Shown piece after piece: positions 43,584 through 56,619 of a stretch of 64,000 nt of DNA (positions are counted from its first letter, which is position 1; each line of letters begins with the position of its first letter). Origin of the DNA: Dictyostelium discoideum (Eukaryota). The stretch is taken from NCBI GenBank assembly GCA_000004695.1, contig CM000150.2, forward strand, positions 3,840,001 through 3,904,000. The letters run 5' to 3'. The notes beneath the pieces are model-generated. The model saw nothing but the letters and a program-made list of their open reading frames with translations, made no database searches and had not been told where the DNA came from. The position numbers and the translations under genes are program-made.

Positions 43584-43753
43584 TTTCTTGATTGGTCTTG
43601 ATTTTTTTTTTTTGATTATTTTTTTTTTTTTTTATTTTATAAATTCGAGAGTGATTCTAAATTTATTCTTTTAATTAATAATATTTCTTAAAATACTATT
43701 TTTTTTAAACAGGAGAAATAGAAAAGGGTTATTTTAATTTTTTATTATAAAAA

Positions 43754-43788
<35 letters not shown>

Positions 43789-44396
43789 CAGAAATTACAC
43801 GAAAAAAAAAAAAAAAAAAAAAATTAAAAATAAAAAAAATAATTTTTAAAAATGAAATTGTTTACCAGGTTTATAGATATTAAAAATAAAAAAAAAAATT
43901 TTAAAAAAAAACAAAAAAAAAAAATTAAATTGAGAAGTTCAATATTTTAAAATTAAATTGACCAATTAAAATAATATTTATTATTATTATATTTTCCCTT
44001 ATAAGGAATGAAGGGTTTTGGCGATATTAAAATTTTTTTTTTATTTTTCTTTTTTCAACTTGATAAATGTAAAAAAAAAAAAATATTTAATAAGAAATTT
44101 CAATAATTTAATTTTTTATCGTCAAAAATGTATCCTATTGAGTAAAATGTTGTTTCTTTGTATATGGAATTTAAAAAAACATCAATGATAGAGAGAATAA
44201 ATATTTTTCAATATCATTATGGTCAATATCAATTATTTGGATCCAGTGTCAGAGATAATAAATCTATCAATGCGCTACGACTTCAACAAAAATAACAAGT
44301 ATACTTGTTGGATTAATTTAATCGTCATCAACAAAAATAACAAGTATACAATTTTCAAATATTTTTAAATGAATGTCATAAATTAATCCATATCAT

Positions 44397-44431
<35 letters not shown>

Positions 44432-44713
44432 ATAATTTAAATAAAAAAATCAGAAATTGTTTTTAAACAAGAGTGAATTAATTTATTAATTAATTAAGCT
44501 TTTAAAGATCTCCCATACAAGTGGATGTTTTATAAAAACCAACTGGATTTTTTACTTTTTCTTCTTCTTCAGATGATTGAAGGAATGGTTGTTCAGTAAT
44601 ACAAACGTAGTTAAAGAATTCACTAAAAATATTAATTTTTTTTTATATTTTTTATAAGTTAATAAAATATTAAATATTTAAAGTTTTTTTAAAAATTTTA
44701 AATAGGATAATTC

Positions 44714-45310
44714 TTACTTTGAACAGTATGGCATACCATTGTAAACACCACAAGAACGAGTATAGGTTTCTTTGTAAACATTACAGTAAACAATTTCTTG
44801 ATCTTCTGTATCGATGGCAGTGTAGTTGGTTGCAAATGATGCAAATACAATATCATTGGTTGAGCAACCACTACCATGAGTGAATGAATTTACCCATGAA
44901 AATTTTGGATAGGATGGTGTATTACTTATGGTGACCAAGTAAGAGTGGGCTTGTTTTGGAGCAAAATAACCATCAAAGTAATGTTCACCAATAGTTTCAA
45001 TGCATTCACCATTGGAAACAACCATAGTTTCACCTTGTGGCTCTGAACAATCTAAGTGAGAACTTGTACCATTTGCGAAATAAGAGTATTTGACTGATGA
45101 GGAATCTGAAGATAATGAAAACTTCCAATTTCTAAAAAAATCAAAAGTTATACATGAATCAACTGGTACAGAATATCCAACACCTCTAACATGGCTGTTA
45201 CCTCCGTTACAGTTTGATCCTTTTTCATATGGAATAAAGTTTACATATGATGTGGATAATACTGTTGCTACTGATAATGTTAATAATAATAATGATAAAA
45301 TAACTTTCAT
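44714..45310 (-). CDS. Small secreted Cys-containing protein (signal peptide MKVILSLLLLTLSVATVLS). Possible alternative 2-exon form ending at 44502
   Basis: The 198-aa ORF has a signal peptide and N-glycosylation sites. The stop TAA overlaps a potential donor (tca aa|GTAAGA at 44716..44711). A downstream acceptor ttttAG|T at 44623-44624 would add ...NEFFNYVCITEQPFLQSSEEEEKVKNPVGFYKTSTCMGDL*. Confidence 0.5.
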   Translation of the reverse strand: MKVILSLLLLTLSVATVLSTSYVNFIPYEKGSNCNGGNSHVRGVGYSVPVDSCITFDFFRNWKFSLSSDSSSVKYSYFANGTSSHLDCSEPQGETMVVSNGECIETIGEHYFDGYFAPKQAHSYLVTISNTPSYPKFSWVNSFTHGSGCSTNDIVFASFATNYTAIDTEDQEIVYCNVYKETYTRSCGVYNGMPYCSK

Positions 45311-45720
45311 TTTTTTATTTTTTGGTATTAATCTTTCTTTGTTAATTAATAAAATGAAAAAAAAAAAAAATTAAAAGAAAAAATTTATCTTATTTATATC
45401 ACTAAAAAAAAAAAATTATTAAAATAAAAAAAAATAAAAAAAAACAAATATTAAAATTTATTGGTTTCCATTTAAAAAATCGTATTTTCGATTGGTTCTA
45501 TAAAAAAATTATTTCCCGGCTGTTGAAAAAAAAAAAAAAAAAATTCAAATTTCCTCGGTTCCAATCAATTTTAAATTGAATGACCTCCTTGACTCATTAA
45601 AAATGGAATATTTCTTTTTTTTTTTAAGTGAATTAACACTCAATTACTAATTATTTTTATTTTTATTTTTTTTTGATAAAGGAAGGTCATAGAAATAATA
45701 TTATTTTCCATGTGAACAAT

Positions 45721-45755
<35 letters not shown>

Positions 45756-46059
45756 AACATTGATATATAAAAATATTTTTAATAATAATAAAAAAAGTAG
45801 TGTTCGTGTTTTAGTTTATTAAAAACATTAACAAATTTTTAATTCAATGAATATCAACTCTTTTTTATTTTTTTTTTTTTTATTTTTTTTTTTTTTTTTT
45901 TTTTTTTTTATTATTAAAACTTTGGTGTGTGATAAATTTAATAAACCTTAATTGGTTTTGATCAAAACATAATCGGCATGTTATTTATTAAACAATAAAA
46001 TACAAAACTTGATCGTTTTAATTCTTTTAAAAAAAAACTTCGAAAAGAATAATGTTCGG

Positions 46060-46098
<39 letters not shown>

Positions 46099-46179
46099 TC
46101 CAAATTTCACTTTTTAAAACTTATTCATTGATGGAATTGAGAGCTAATTTTTTAATAAATTGGAATCTTTACTGAATAA

Positions 46180-46223
<44 letters not shown>

Positions 46224-46300
46224 TTATTTAAATAATTTTTTTTTTTTTTTTTTTTTTTCTAAAATATTAAACAAGTAAAAGAAATTCAAAAAAAATAAAA

Positions 46301-46597
46301 ATGTCATCAACCCAAGTAAATGTTTTCGCAACATCAATTGTAAAACCAGAATTTGTAGAAGAATTTATTAGTTTTTTTAAAACAGTGGTTCAAGAATCAA
46401 ACAAAGAGGATGGTGTTATTAAATATGATTTAAATCAAGATTTTGAAAATAAAAATATTTTTTATATTTATGAAGAGTATAAATCTATGGATGCATTGGA
46501 GTATCATAAAACAACCCCACATTTCTTATCAATGCTCAAATTTACAGAAGGGAAAATTTTAGATCTTCAAATTAAAATTTTTAAACCAATTCAATAA
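46301..46597 (+). CDS. ABM (antibiotic-biosynthesis-monooxygenase / Dabb-like) domain protein, 98 aa
   Basis: The length and pattern (V.A...VKPE..EEF...F...V..S..E.G...Y.L......N.F...E.Y.S..A...H..T.HF) fit the ferredoxin-like ABM fold. Confidence 0.55.
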   Translation: MSSTQVNVFATSIVKPEFVEEFISFFKTVVQESNKEDGVIKYDLNQDFENKNIFYIYEEYKSMDALEYHKTTPHFLSMLKFTEGKILDLQIKIFKPIQ

Positions 46598-46789
46598 ATT
46601 AAAAATTTAATTAATTTAAAATAAAAATAAAAATAAAAAAAGTTTTTTACACATTTTATTTTTTAAAATAATTTTATTCTTTATTTAATTTTAATTAAAA
46701 TTTGTTTTGAATTATAATTTTATTGAAATATTTTTTTAGTTTTTTTGAAAATTTTAGGGGGGGAATGAAATTGTCATCTATTATCGTAA

Positions 46790-46935
46790 TGTCATAGTGC
46801 ATAGATAAATCTTTCCTTTCTCTGACACTAGTTTAATATTGATCATTTTTTTTTATTTCCCTTTGGATAGTATTGATATGATCATTAGCTTTTCTAAATG
46901 ATATAGTGCATAGATAAATCTTTCCTTTCTCTACC
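46790..46935. repeat. Non-AT-rich complex sequence island with an internal 31-bp direct repeat (atagtgcatagataaatctttcctttctct at 46795 and 46902); possible transposable-element remnant
   Basis: Direct read. Its composition is distinct from the surrounding poly-A/T intergenic DNA. Confidence 0.5.
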
Positions 46936-47189
46936 ATTAGATTGGTTTTGAATTCATATCATATTACTACATTTTCTTTAAAGGTAACAACTTAATAATT
47001 CTTTTTTTCTATATTATTTAAAAGAAAAAATTAGAAAATTATTTTTTTTTTTATTTATTTATTTTTATTTTAATTCTTTTTTACCTTTTTTAACTTTTTT
47101 CTCTTTAATTCTATCTTTAATCTTTTAATTTCTTTGTTTTGAAATAATACTATTTCATTTTATTTGTTTTAATTCTTTGGTTTGGAATG

Positions 47190-47223
<34 letters not shown>

Positions 47224-47598
47224 CAATTTATACTCTGATAATTTTTTATTATTTCCATTTCAAATTATTTAGATTTGTCCTAAAAAGTAATTTTTACTTT
47301 TTTTTTTTCTTTTTTAATCAATCAAAAAAAGATTCTAAATTGGCAATTATTAGATAATAAAAATGGTAAATATACCAAATAGGGAAACATTTATTTTTTT
47401 TTTTTTTTTTTTTTTTTTTTTATTCTCAATCTCCCCATGAGCCATCCACCAACATCCAAACTATTTTAAAATTCCTACTCACAAATAAATAAATAAATAA
47501 ATAAATAAATTAAAAAAATTTAAAATGAAATAAATTATACGGATGTAATAATAGATTTTGTTTTTCTTTTACCCTTTTTTTTTTTGTTTTGTTTTATT

Positions 47599-50500
47599 TT
47601 ATTTTTTTAATTTTGGTAATATAACTTCTCTGATTTTCTCCTCTATTATTTGATATACCATCTGTGGGTATGGATGTTCTAATAATACACAAATTTCACC
47701 TTTTCTATTACAAATATAACCAGCTGGTAAATTATTAATATTTATAGTTTTACCATCTAAAGTTGTTAAAGTTGTAGTTAATGTTGTTATTAAAGTAGTA
47801 GTTGTTGTACAAACTACATTATTTTTACTTGGTGAAGATAGTGGTGTACTATTACTACCATTATTAATATTATTATTATTATTATTATTTGGATTATTAT
47901 TATTATTATTTATTATATTACAAGTTTGAGTATCATTATTACTTATACTATTTATTAATGGTAATGAATTTGATAATTCTTTAAAGGAAGGTTGTTTTGA
48001 TAAAGAGATTGGAGAAGTTAAAATTGAATTTGGAGCGGAATTAGTTTGAGTTGTAGTTGAAGTTGTTGACATTGACGATGATGATGGATTAAATATTTTA
48101 TTTGGTAATGGACTATTATTATTTAAAATTAAATTTGAATTATGAGTTTTAATTAAAAGTGATTCATCAGATTCTAAACGTAAACCTAATCTTTCAATTA
48201 CCGCTTTAAAATGATAAGCTTGCATGACAGGTTTACACCATTTCAATTGAAGGAATATGGGATCGTTATTGACCCTATTTGATAATTTTGAAAGCATCAT
48301 AATCAATAGAATGATTTCATCAGCGATTTGAATACCTTCATCTATATCATCAACGATTTGGTCGGCGCCATTGTAATTTGGCTGATTTTGAAACTCGTCC
48401 AATAGGGATAACAAATTGTCAATGGTTCTCTCAACGATACCACTGAGTGACATAATTTGATTTTGAGAATTTCTTAATGTTACATTCAAAGTATCCAAAT
48501 AATCCAATGAACCTTGTAATAGTACTAAATATTGTTCTTGTTCTGGTGTCTCTTTAAAATCATTCATAAATTGAAATTGTGATTGAATACCCTCAATTTG
48601 TGATTTAATTAAAAGGTACATAAACATTGGTGTTAAATCATTTGCATCAGTTCTACTAATTTGCATTGTTGCTTCATTCAATGTTTCAATCTTTTCAGTT
48701 GGTGTTTTTTTATTTTGTAATGAACTTAATATTTCAAATGCTTTTGGTAATAAATCAACATTCTTTTCCCAACTACTCTCTGAAATATCTAATTCATTAT
48801 ATTCTACATCTTTAAACATATTAACTCTTTGTTGAAATAATAAATCTTTTGATTTATTCTTTTTTTTTTTAAAATAAAAAAAAAAAAAAAAAAAAAATTA
48901 ATATACATATATTTATATTTATATTTATATGAATTTTATATATTATATATATATATAACTTACAGTTTCTTGATATAAATGAATTATTGTATCATAAATT
49001 TGATTAAAAATTAAATCTTTAAATTTTATAATGAATTGATGATCATCAATTTTAGTATCTAACCAATTGAATAATCTTGATAAAGTATCTTTTGCACGTT
49101 TTAAAAGTATATTTACATTTTGATGAGACATATTGATTGTATAATGTTGTTTAATTATTATAATGATACGAGTTATTAATTTACCAAATGGATTATTTTG
49201 TCTGAAATCATCGTTATATATAATTGAATCTAATGGTGTCCTAGTTGTAATCTCTAATGGATCAAAAGATTCCAATTGTGTGAAAAAGGATTCCAATACT
49301 TTTGATTCCGCTTGTGCTCTATATTTTACAATTAATTTACTTAATGTAGTATGACCATCTTTCATTGCAATCTGTAATGCTGATGCCATTGAATTATTAA
49401 CATCATCAATATAATCTTGTAATTGTTCGCCACTTAGACCATCACTAAGTATTCTTAATATATTCTCACCAATTGATTGTGACGTCTTTGAATTATATTT
49501 ATATGCTAAAATATGTAAAACAGTATTACCATTATCATCTTTCACTCTCAATGATTCAACTGTTGAATGTGTTAATAAATATTTTGATAATGTATTATTT
49601 CTACTAATTAATGATAAATGTAATGGTGTTTGATTTTGGATTGTCTAAAAAATAATAAAAATAAAAAAATAAATATTAGTATTTTTTTTTTTTTTTTTTA
49701 ATTATTATTATTAAATAAATAATTTTACTCTTGAAGCAATTATTTGAGTTGGATTATTTTTTAAACGTTCTAATGATGTAAATATTTTTTGAACTAAATC
49801 TAAATGATTTTCAGGTGAATATCCAATTAAGCTATCAGTTGTTGAATTATATAATTCTTTTGGTAAATCTAATGAACAAAGTTTATGAAGTGGTGTCCAT
49901 TTTTGATAATTTGATAAAAGTGGTGACGCACCTTGATCCAATAGTAAGGTTGCTGCTTTATAGAAACCATTTTCACAACAAATGAAAAATGGTGTTTTCA
50001 ATTTATCATTTTGACTATTCACTAAATTACCTTTAGTTTTCTCTAATAAAAAAATAACTGATACCATTCTTTTCGATCTACATGCAACATGAAGAAGTGT
50101 GTCCCTTTTTGAGAGTAATACAGTCAAGGGTATCACTGGTTTCGTCTTTAAAATACCCGCTAAAAATACCATATTATCCGCTTTTACTGATGTTATCATT
50201 TTCTCCAGTTTGGTTGGTTCTGGTTTTCTATCATCTTTTGAAAATATACCACCAATTGTATTATTATTATTATTATTATTTAAAACACCATCTTTTAAAC
50301 TACCACTACTATTTGATTTACTATTCGTTATTGAATTTGGTTTAATTATTGGTCTTTGAAATGTAATTATCGCATTATTATTATTTGTTGTAACTATACC
50401 ATTTGCTGATACTATTGCCGCTGCTAAAGGTTCACTCATTTTTGATGATGATATATTATTTGTTGTTGTTACAGGTGCTGTTGTTGTTGTTGGTGGTGGT

Positions 50501-50811
50501 ACTACTGTTGTTGGTGGTACTACTGTTGTTGCGGGTGCTGTTGTTGTTGTTGGTGCTCCTAATGTATTAAGTGATGTAGTTGTGGTGGTTGATGATGGTG
50601 GTGGTGGTGGTGGTGGTGTATGTGGTATGCTATCAAGCGATGATGATGAGGTTATGAATTGTGTTGGTATTGACGGGTTTGAATGATTAATATTGAATGG
50701 ATGTTGTTGAGAAGTAGTTAATTCACAAATACTAGATGTACTACTAGTATCACTAATTTCTTCAATTAATAAATTTTGCTCAGGTGTCGATGATGACCCT
50801 GGTGTCTCCAT
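47599..50811 (-). CDS. Ankyrin-repeat + VPS9-domain protein (putative Rab5/Rab21-family GEF); exons (minus) 49729..50811, 48964..49644, 47599..48858
   Basis: Exon 1 has an S/T/P-rich N-terminus and ankyrin repeats (TLLHVACRSKRMVSVIFLLE..GNLVNSQNDKLKTPFFICCENGFYKAATLLLDQGASP). The donor is AGA|GTAAAA; the acceptor ttttAG|ACA gives TIQNQTPLHLSLISRNN (more ANK). The donor ACT|GTAAGT is at 48963; the acceptor aaaAG|AAT is at 48859-48860. Exon 3 carries the VPS9 signature ANDLTPMFMYLLIKSQIEGIQSQFQFMNDF (compare Rabex-5 DDFLPILIYVLVKANP...L.SNLQYI..F). All exons are in phase 0. Confidence 0.7.
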
Positions 50812-51120
50812 TTTTATTTTTTTTTTTTTTTTTTTTTAAATATTTGATTTTTTTTTTTTTTTTTTTTTTTTTTTCTGTTTTTTTCTGTTTTTTACCACGC
50901 GCTAAAAATTATTTTATTTTGTTTTTTTTTATTTTTGGTGTTTTAAACGTATTTTTGTATTAATTTAATTTATTTTATTTTTTATTATTTTATTATTTAA
51001 TTTATTTTAAATTATTTTATTATTTAATTTATTTTAAATTATTTTATTTTTATTTATTTTATTTTTATTTTATTAATTTTAAAATGTTTTAAAAAAAAGT
51101 AATAAATATTAATTTTTGAT

Positions 51121-51171
<51 letters not shown>

Positions 51172-51741
51172 TTATTACTATTATTTTTATTTAATTTATT
51201 ACTATTATTATGTATATAGTATAGTGTAAAGTGTGTGTGTGGTGTGTGTGGTAGTAATACAATTATATTTAATCTTATGTTTGAAGTTTACTACTATTTA
51301 TATAATAATATTAAAAAAAAAAGATACAGTTTTAATAGATTTATGTTCTGTCTTTTTCTTTTTTTAAATAAAAATAAAATGAAAAAATATAAAAAAAAAA
51401 AAAAATGATAAAAATGAAAAATAAAAAAATAAACGCCGTTGGCGATTTCTTCATAAAAAAAAAAATCTAAAAAAATTCAAAAAAAAAAAAAAAATTCAAA
51501 AAAAAAAAGTTTTGTTTTTATTATTATTATAATAATAACTTCTTTGTATGCATATTTATTTTATTTTTTGTTTTATTACTTATTTGTATTTTTTTTTTAT
51601 TTTATTTGTATTTTTTTTTTACTAAAATGAATTTCACCAACATTTTAAACCAAAAAAAATAAAATAAAAAAAATAATAAAAAAATAATAATAATAATGAA
51701 AATAAAAAACGAATCAATTGAACAAAACTGGAATTAAAAAA

Positions 51742-51860
51742 AAATTCAATTCCATACTTGAAATCAAAAACAATTGTTTAGGATTATAAAAAAAATTCAA
51801 TTCCATACTTGAAATGAAAAAATTATTAAAAAAACAATTGTTTAGGATTATAAAAAAAAA
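51742..51860. repeat. Tandem duplication of a ~55-bp unit (aattcaattccatacttgaaat[c/g]aaaaa...caattgtttaggattataaaaaaa), intergenic
   Basis: Direct read. Confidence 0.7.
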
Positions 51861-52075
51861 AAAATGAAAAAAAATAAAAAAAAATAATTTAAAAAAAGCC
51901 AAAAATTGACCCAAATTTTTTTTTTTTTTTTATTGTTTTCATTTGAAAAAAAAAAAAAATTTCAAAAAAAAAAAAAAAAAAAAAATAAAAAAAATCTTTT
52001 TTTTTTTTTTTTTTTAATTTTTTTTATTATTTTAATTTCCTTATCATTATTGTTGTATATTATTAATAAAATAAA

Positions 52076-52341
52076 ATGGTAGGTTATAGTATAATTTACA
52101 CATATTTTCAATCATTGGAAAATATGATATATACTCCAAATAACAAAATTTTGTTATTTTTTTTTTAATTTTTTTTTTTTTTGATGATCACTCATACTAA
52201 TTAAAATATTTTAATATAGTCCACAGCTCAAGTTCCATATTTAAATTGTATTAGAAACACATTGACCGCTTCAATGTGTCTCCAAAATTTTGGTTCACAA
52301 ATTGTCGAAAGACACAACAAACCAGAAGTTGAAGTCAAGTA

Positions 52342-52372
<31 letters not shown>

Positions 52373-52410
52373 TATCACCATTGTGATGATCATATGAAAT
52401 TTTAAGTTTG

Positions 52411-52448
<38 letters not shown>

Positions 52449-52759
52449 AAACACACCCACACCACTTTATCAAATTAAAAAACTTTAATCATAAATATTA
52501 ATATTTATATATTTTATCACGATTATCATTAGAACAAGCAAAGAATTAGTTTTAAATCCAGTTATCATTGCACGTAACAAAAATGAAAGAGTTTTAATCG
52601 AAACTTCAATTAACTCAATTCGTATCAGTGTTTCAATCAAGAAATCTGATGAAGTTGATGTTATCTTAGCAAAGAAATTCGTTCGTTTCTTACAACAAAG
52701 AGCTGAAAACTTTATCATCTTAAGAAGAAAACCAGTTGAAGTAAGTATAGTTTATTTTA

Positions 52760-52832
<73 letters not shown>

Positions 52833-53050
52833 TATACTGACTCATAATTATTTATATTGGATAATTATAGGGTTATGATATTAGTTTTTTGGTTACCAAT
52901 TTCCATACTGAAAATATGTTTAAACACAAACTTGTTGATTTCATCATCCAATTTATGGAAGATATCGATAGAGAAATCAGTGATTTGAAATTAACACTCA
53001 ATGCTAGAGGTCGTATTGTTGCTTCTGAATACTTAAAGAACTTTGCTTAA
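52076..53050 (+). CDS. arcD: Arp2/3 complex subunit 4 (ARPC4/p20); exons 52076..52078 (ATG only), 52220..52338, 52533..52740, 52871..53050
   Basis: The spliced product M|[40 protein letters not shown]|[69 protein letters not shown]|[59 protein letters not shown] is 169 aa, collinear with and highly similar to human ARPC4 (168 aa). Donors are GTAGGT, GTAAGT, GTAAGT. The first exon is the initiator codon alone. Intron 3 contains (TTA)n. Confidence 0.88.
52765..52831. repeat. (TTA)n microsatellite in ARPC4 intron 3
   Basis: Direct read. Confidence 0.9.
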
Positions 53051-53328
53051 AGCAATAACATCAATATCATAGTATATAAAGAGGAAAAAAAAAAAAAAAA
53101 AAAAAAAAACCCATGACACATTACAAACTAAAACTCCAATAAATATATTTATTTTTTTTAAAAGAAAAAAAAAAGTAAACAAATAATATTTTTTTTTTTA
53201 TTTAAATAAGAGAAAGAAAATAAAAACTTATATTACTATAATTTATTTATATTTTAAAAACAATTTAAAATTTAACTTGATATTTATTTATTTTTTTTTT
53301 TATTTTTTTTTTATGGATTTTAAAACAA

Positions 53329-53358
<30 letters not shown>

Positions 53359-53365
<7 letters not shown>

Positions 53366-54770
53366 GACATATAAGTACTTGGATCTGGGGTTGCAACAAG
53401 TTCTTTAATTGAAACAACAAATTTAGATTGAACTTGTTCAAGTACTGGATCTTCTTTTGAAGGAACAAAAGAAATGGCTAAACCCTTGGTACCAAAACGA
53501 CCAGCACGACCTACTCTGTGAAGATAGGTATCGGCAGATTCAGCCATATCGTAGTTGATGACGACATTGACACGTTCAATATCGATACCACGACCAAAGA
53601 TATTAGTGGCAACCATGATACGAGATTCAAAGTTTTTGAATTTACGGTATTGTTCGATACGATCCTTTTGATCGAGGTCACGATGAATACAGATGGATGG
53701 GAAACCAATATCTTGGAGGATCTTATTTAAGGCATCAGCACGTCTAACAGATTTGACGAAAATAACGGCTTGATTAAAGTCTAATGAATCCAAGAGTTCA
53801 ATGAGTTTTTTATTCTTTTGTTCTTCAGTGATTGGTACGTAGTATTGTTGAAGACCATGGAGAGTGAGTTTACTACCATCATTGATGTAGATTTCCAATG
53901 GATTGTTCATAAACTTCTTACAGATTGGACGAATGGTATCAGAGAGGGTAGCTGAAAACATCATAACTTGTTTGTTGGCTGGGATGAGTTTGAAGATCTT
54001 TTGTACATCCTTTCTCATATCCAATGATTCGAGCATGGTATCACATTCATCAAGAATGAATTGTTTAATCTCTTTGAGTGAGAGTGCACCTTCAGATGCT
54101 AATTGTAAAATACGACCTGGGGTACCAATGATAATGTTTGGTTTCTTTTCTTTGATCAAATCTTTATGGGTTTGAACTGGAATACCACCATAAATCACTG
54201 CAGTTTTAACATTTGGTAAATATTTGGTGAAACGATCAAATTCATCACAAATTTGATATGCTAATTCTCTAGTATTACATAATACTAATGTTGTAATCTT
54301 TAAAGTAAATGAGGAGAGGAAAAAAAAAAAAAAAAATAAAAAATAAAAAAAAAAAAAATAAAAAAAAATAAAAAAAAAATAAAAAAAAAATTAGTTTATT
54401 ATTATTATTTATTAATTTTTTAATATTTATTTTATACATACACCATTTGGATTGTTATCAATTTGTTGTAAAGTTGATAAAACGAAAACAGCGGTTTTAC
54501 CCATACCACTTTTAGCTTGACAAATGACATCTGTACCAAGAATGGCTTGTGGAATACATTCATTTTGAACTTCAGATGGATGTTCAAAACCACAATCACC
54601 AATGACTCTTTCCAACTCTGGTTTTAACAAGAACTCTCTGAAACCACTTGAATGCATAGCAACATGTGTATCAGCACGACTGTAATTTTTGAATTATAAT
54701 GATTGACAATAATATAAAAAAAGATAAAAAGAAAAAGAAAATGTTATTATTATGTTATATGATTGGGTTA

Positions 54771-54805
<35 letters not shown>

Positions 54806-55027
54806 CTCAAGATGAAATTATTTTAAATTTGGCGATATTTATGATTGATATTTTCATAAAACCATTAATATTTTAATACTATTATAACTGTTATTATCAT
54901 TATTATTATTATGAATTCTTAATATAATTTTTGTTACCAAATTTATCGCTCTCGATATCTTTGTTTATTAGGCTATAAAAAAAAAATAATAAAGTGATTT
55001 TATAACAATCTGTATGGTATTGAAAAC

Positions 55028-55105
<78 letters not shown>

Positions 55106-55582
55106 TACTATTGTTATTTTTATTATTATTTTTATTATTATTTTTATTATTATTATTATTATTATTATTGTTTTCATTATTACTATTATTATTATTATTA
55201 TTATTGATTAAACTTTCTATTTGAATTTGAGGAGGAGGAAATTAATAAGACTGTAGCCATAGAAGTGGTGTAGTTTATTTTTTTATTTTTGTGTGCAAAA
55301 CTTGGGATACAAAAACATTACTACTGCCACCATTGACTAAACCAAACAAGGTAATATTAATTGAGACTCTAAATTGATGCAGTGTTGTTGCCACCAATCA
55401 AATTAGAATGAACAAACTAAATATACCATCAATTGATTCTATTTTCTTTTTTTTTTTTTTTTTCACATAGATATTTATAGTATTGGTTGTTTATGGTTGT
55501 GGTTGTGTTGTGTTTGGGTTATAATTGAAAGCTGATTTATTATTATTATTATATTAATTATTTTTATTATTGTTTACTTTAT

Positions 55583-55613
<31 letters not shown>

Positions 55614-55841
55614 GGTATTACAGTTATTTTTCTTTTTTTTTTTTTTTTAAAAAAAAAAAAGAAAAACAAAATAAAATATAATTTCAACACTAAAGGATTC
55701 ATTTGGCTCGGTGTTAAATGAAATCACTCACTTTGCAGTTTTATTCTTGGTATCGGTAACATCATTTTGGACCTCTTCATCACTCTCTTCTTCATATTCA
55801 GCTAATTCACTGATATCAACTTCTGGATTAGTTTCGGCCAT
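53359..55841 (-). CDS. DEAD-box ATP-dependent RNA helicase UAP56/Sub2 (DDX39B orthologue); exons (minus) 55732..55841, 54442..54679, 53359..54297. Intron 1 is ~1.05 kb (54680..55731)
   Basis: Exon 1 is [36 protein letters not shown]+aa with donor GTGAGT (compare the human UAP56 acidic N-terminus ...NELLDYEDDEVE...). Exon 2 (after acceptor ttacAG|T) is ...[71 protein letters not shown] with donor GTATGT at 54441. Exon 3 (acceptor aaAG|ATT) is [16 protein letters not shown]...DECD...SAT...[18 protein letters not shown]... The spliced total is 428 aa, the same as human UAP56. Confidence 0.85.
55029..55206. repeat. Long interrupted (ATT)n/(TAA)n microsatellite within UAP56 intron 1
   Basis: Direct read. 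Confidence 0.9.
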
Positions 55842-56542
55842 TTTTTTTTTTTTTTTTTTGGTTGTTAAAGTTTAAAATATATATACAAATAAATTGAAGG
55901 TGTGGTGGAAAGTGGTGTGAATGTACAAATATAAATAAATTAAAAAAAAAAAATTTTAAAAAATTTTGAAAAAAATTAAAAATTTTGAAAAAAAAAAATT
56001 AAAAAAAAAATTAAAAAAAAAATTAAAAATAAAAAAAAAATAAAAATAAAATAGTGTTGGCTTTTGAATATTCAACAGAATCAAATAACCAAGTTTGGAG
56101 TGTTCAATCAAATAATTGAATAACTATTTAATTTTTTGAGTTATTATTTTTTTTTTTTTCCCAAAAATGGAGAACAAAAAAAAAAAAAAAAAAAAAATTG
56201 ACAAACAAAGGTTTGGAATCTTTTTTTTTTTTAAGATTAATTCATAACATTTTTGGGTGTTATTAAAATTAAAAAAAAAAAAAAAAAAAATGGAAAACAA
56301 GCAATCCAGAAAGTTAATCATCTTTATATAGAATTATTCTATATGAATAAATATAAAAAAAAAAAAACCTTTTAAAGAAAAAAAAATATATAAATATCAA
56401 AAAAAAAAAAAAAAAATGAATGTATAGAATATTATCTTTATTTTAAATCTTTTAATTTTCAAAAAAATTGTATTCAAATAAATCAAAACAAAGTTTCAAA
56501 GTAGCGGTTAATATAAAAAAATTCTTTTTTTTTTTTTTTTAA

Positions 56543-56573
<31 letters not shown>

Positions 56574-56582
56574 CAAAAAAAA

Positions 56583-56619
<37 letters not shown>

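Noticed and set aside
55230-55540. GC-richer island in UAP56 intron 1 as a box C/D snoRNA
   Set aside because: No convincing C (RUGAUGA)/D (CUGA) box pair with terminal stem was found on the minus strand by eye. It is left as a low-confidence note in the findings.
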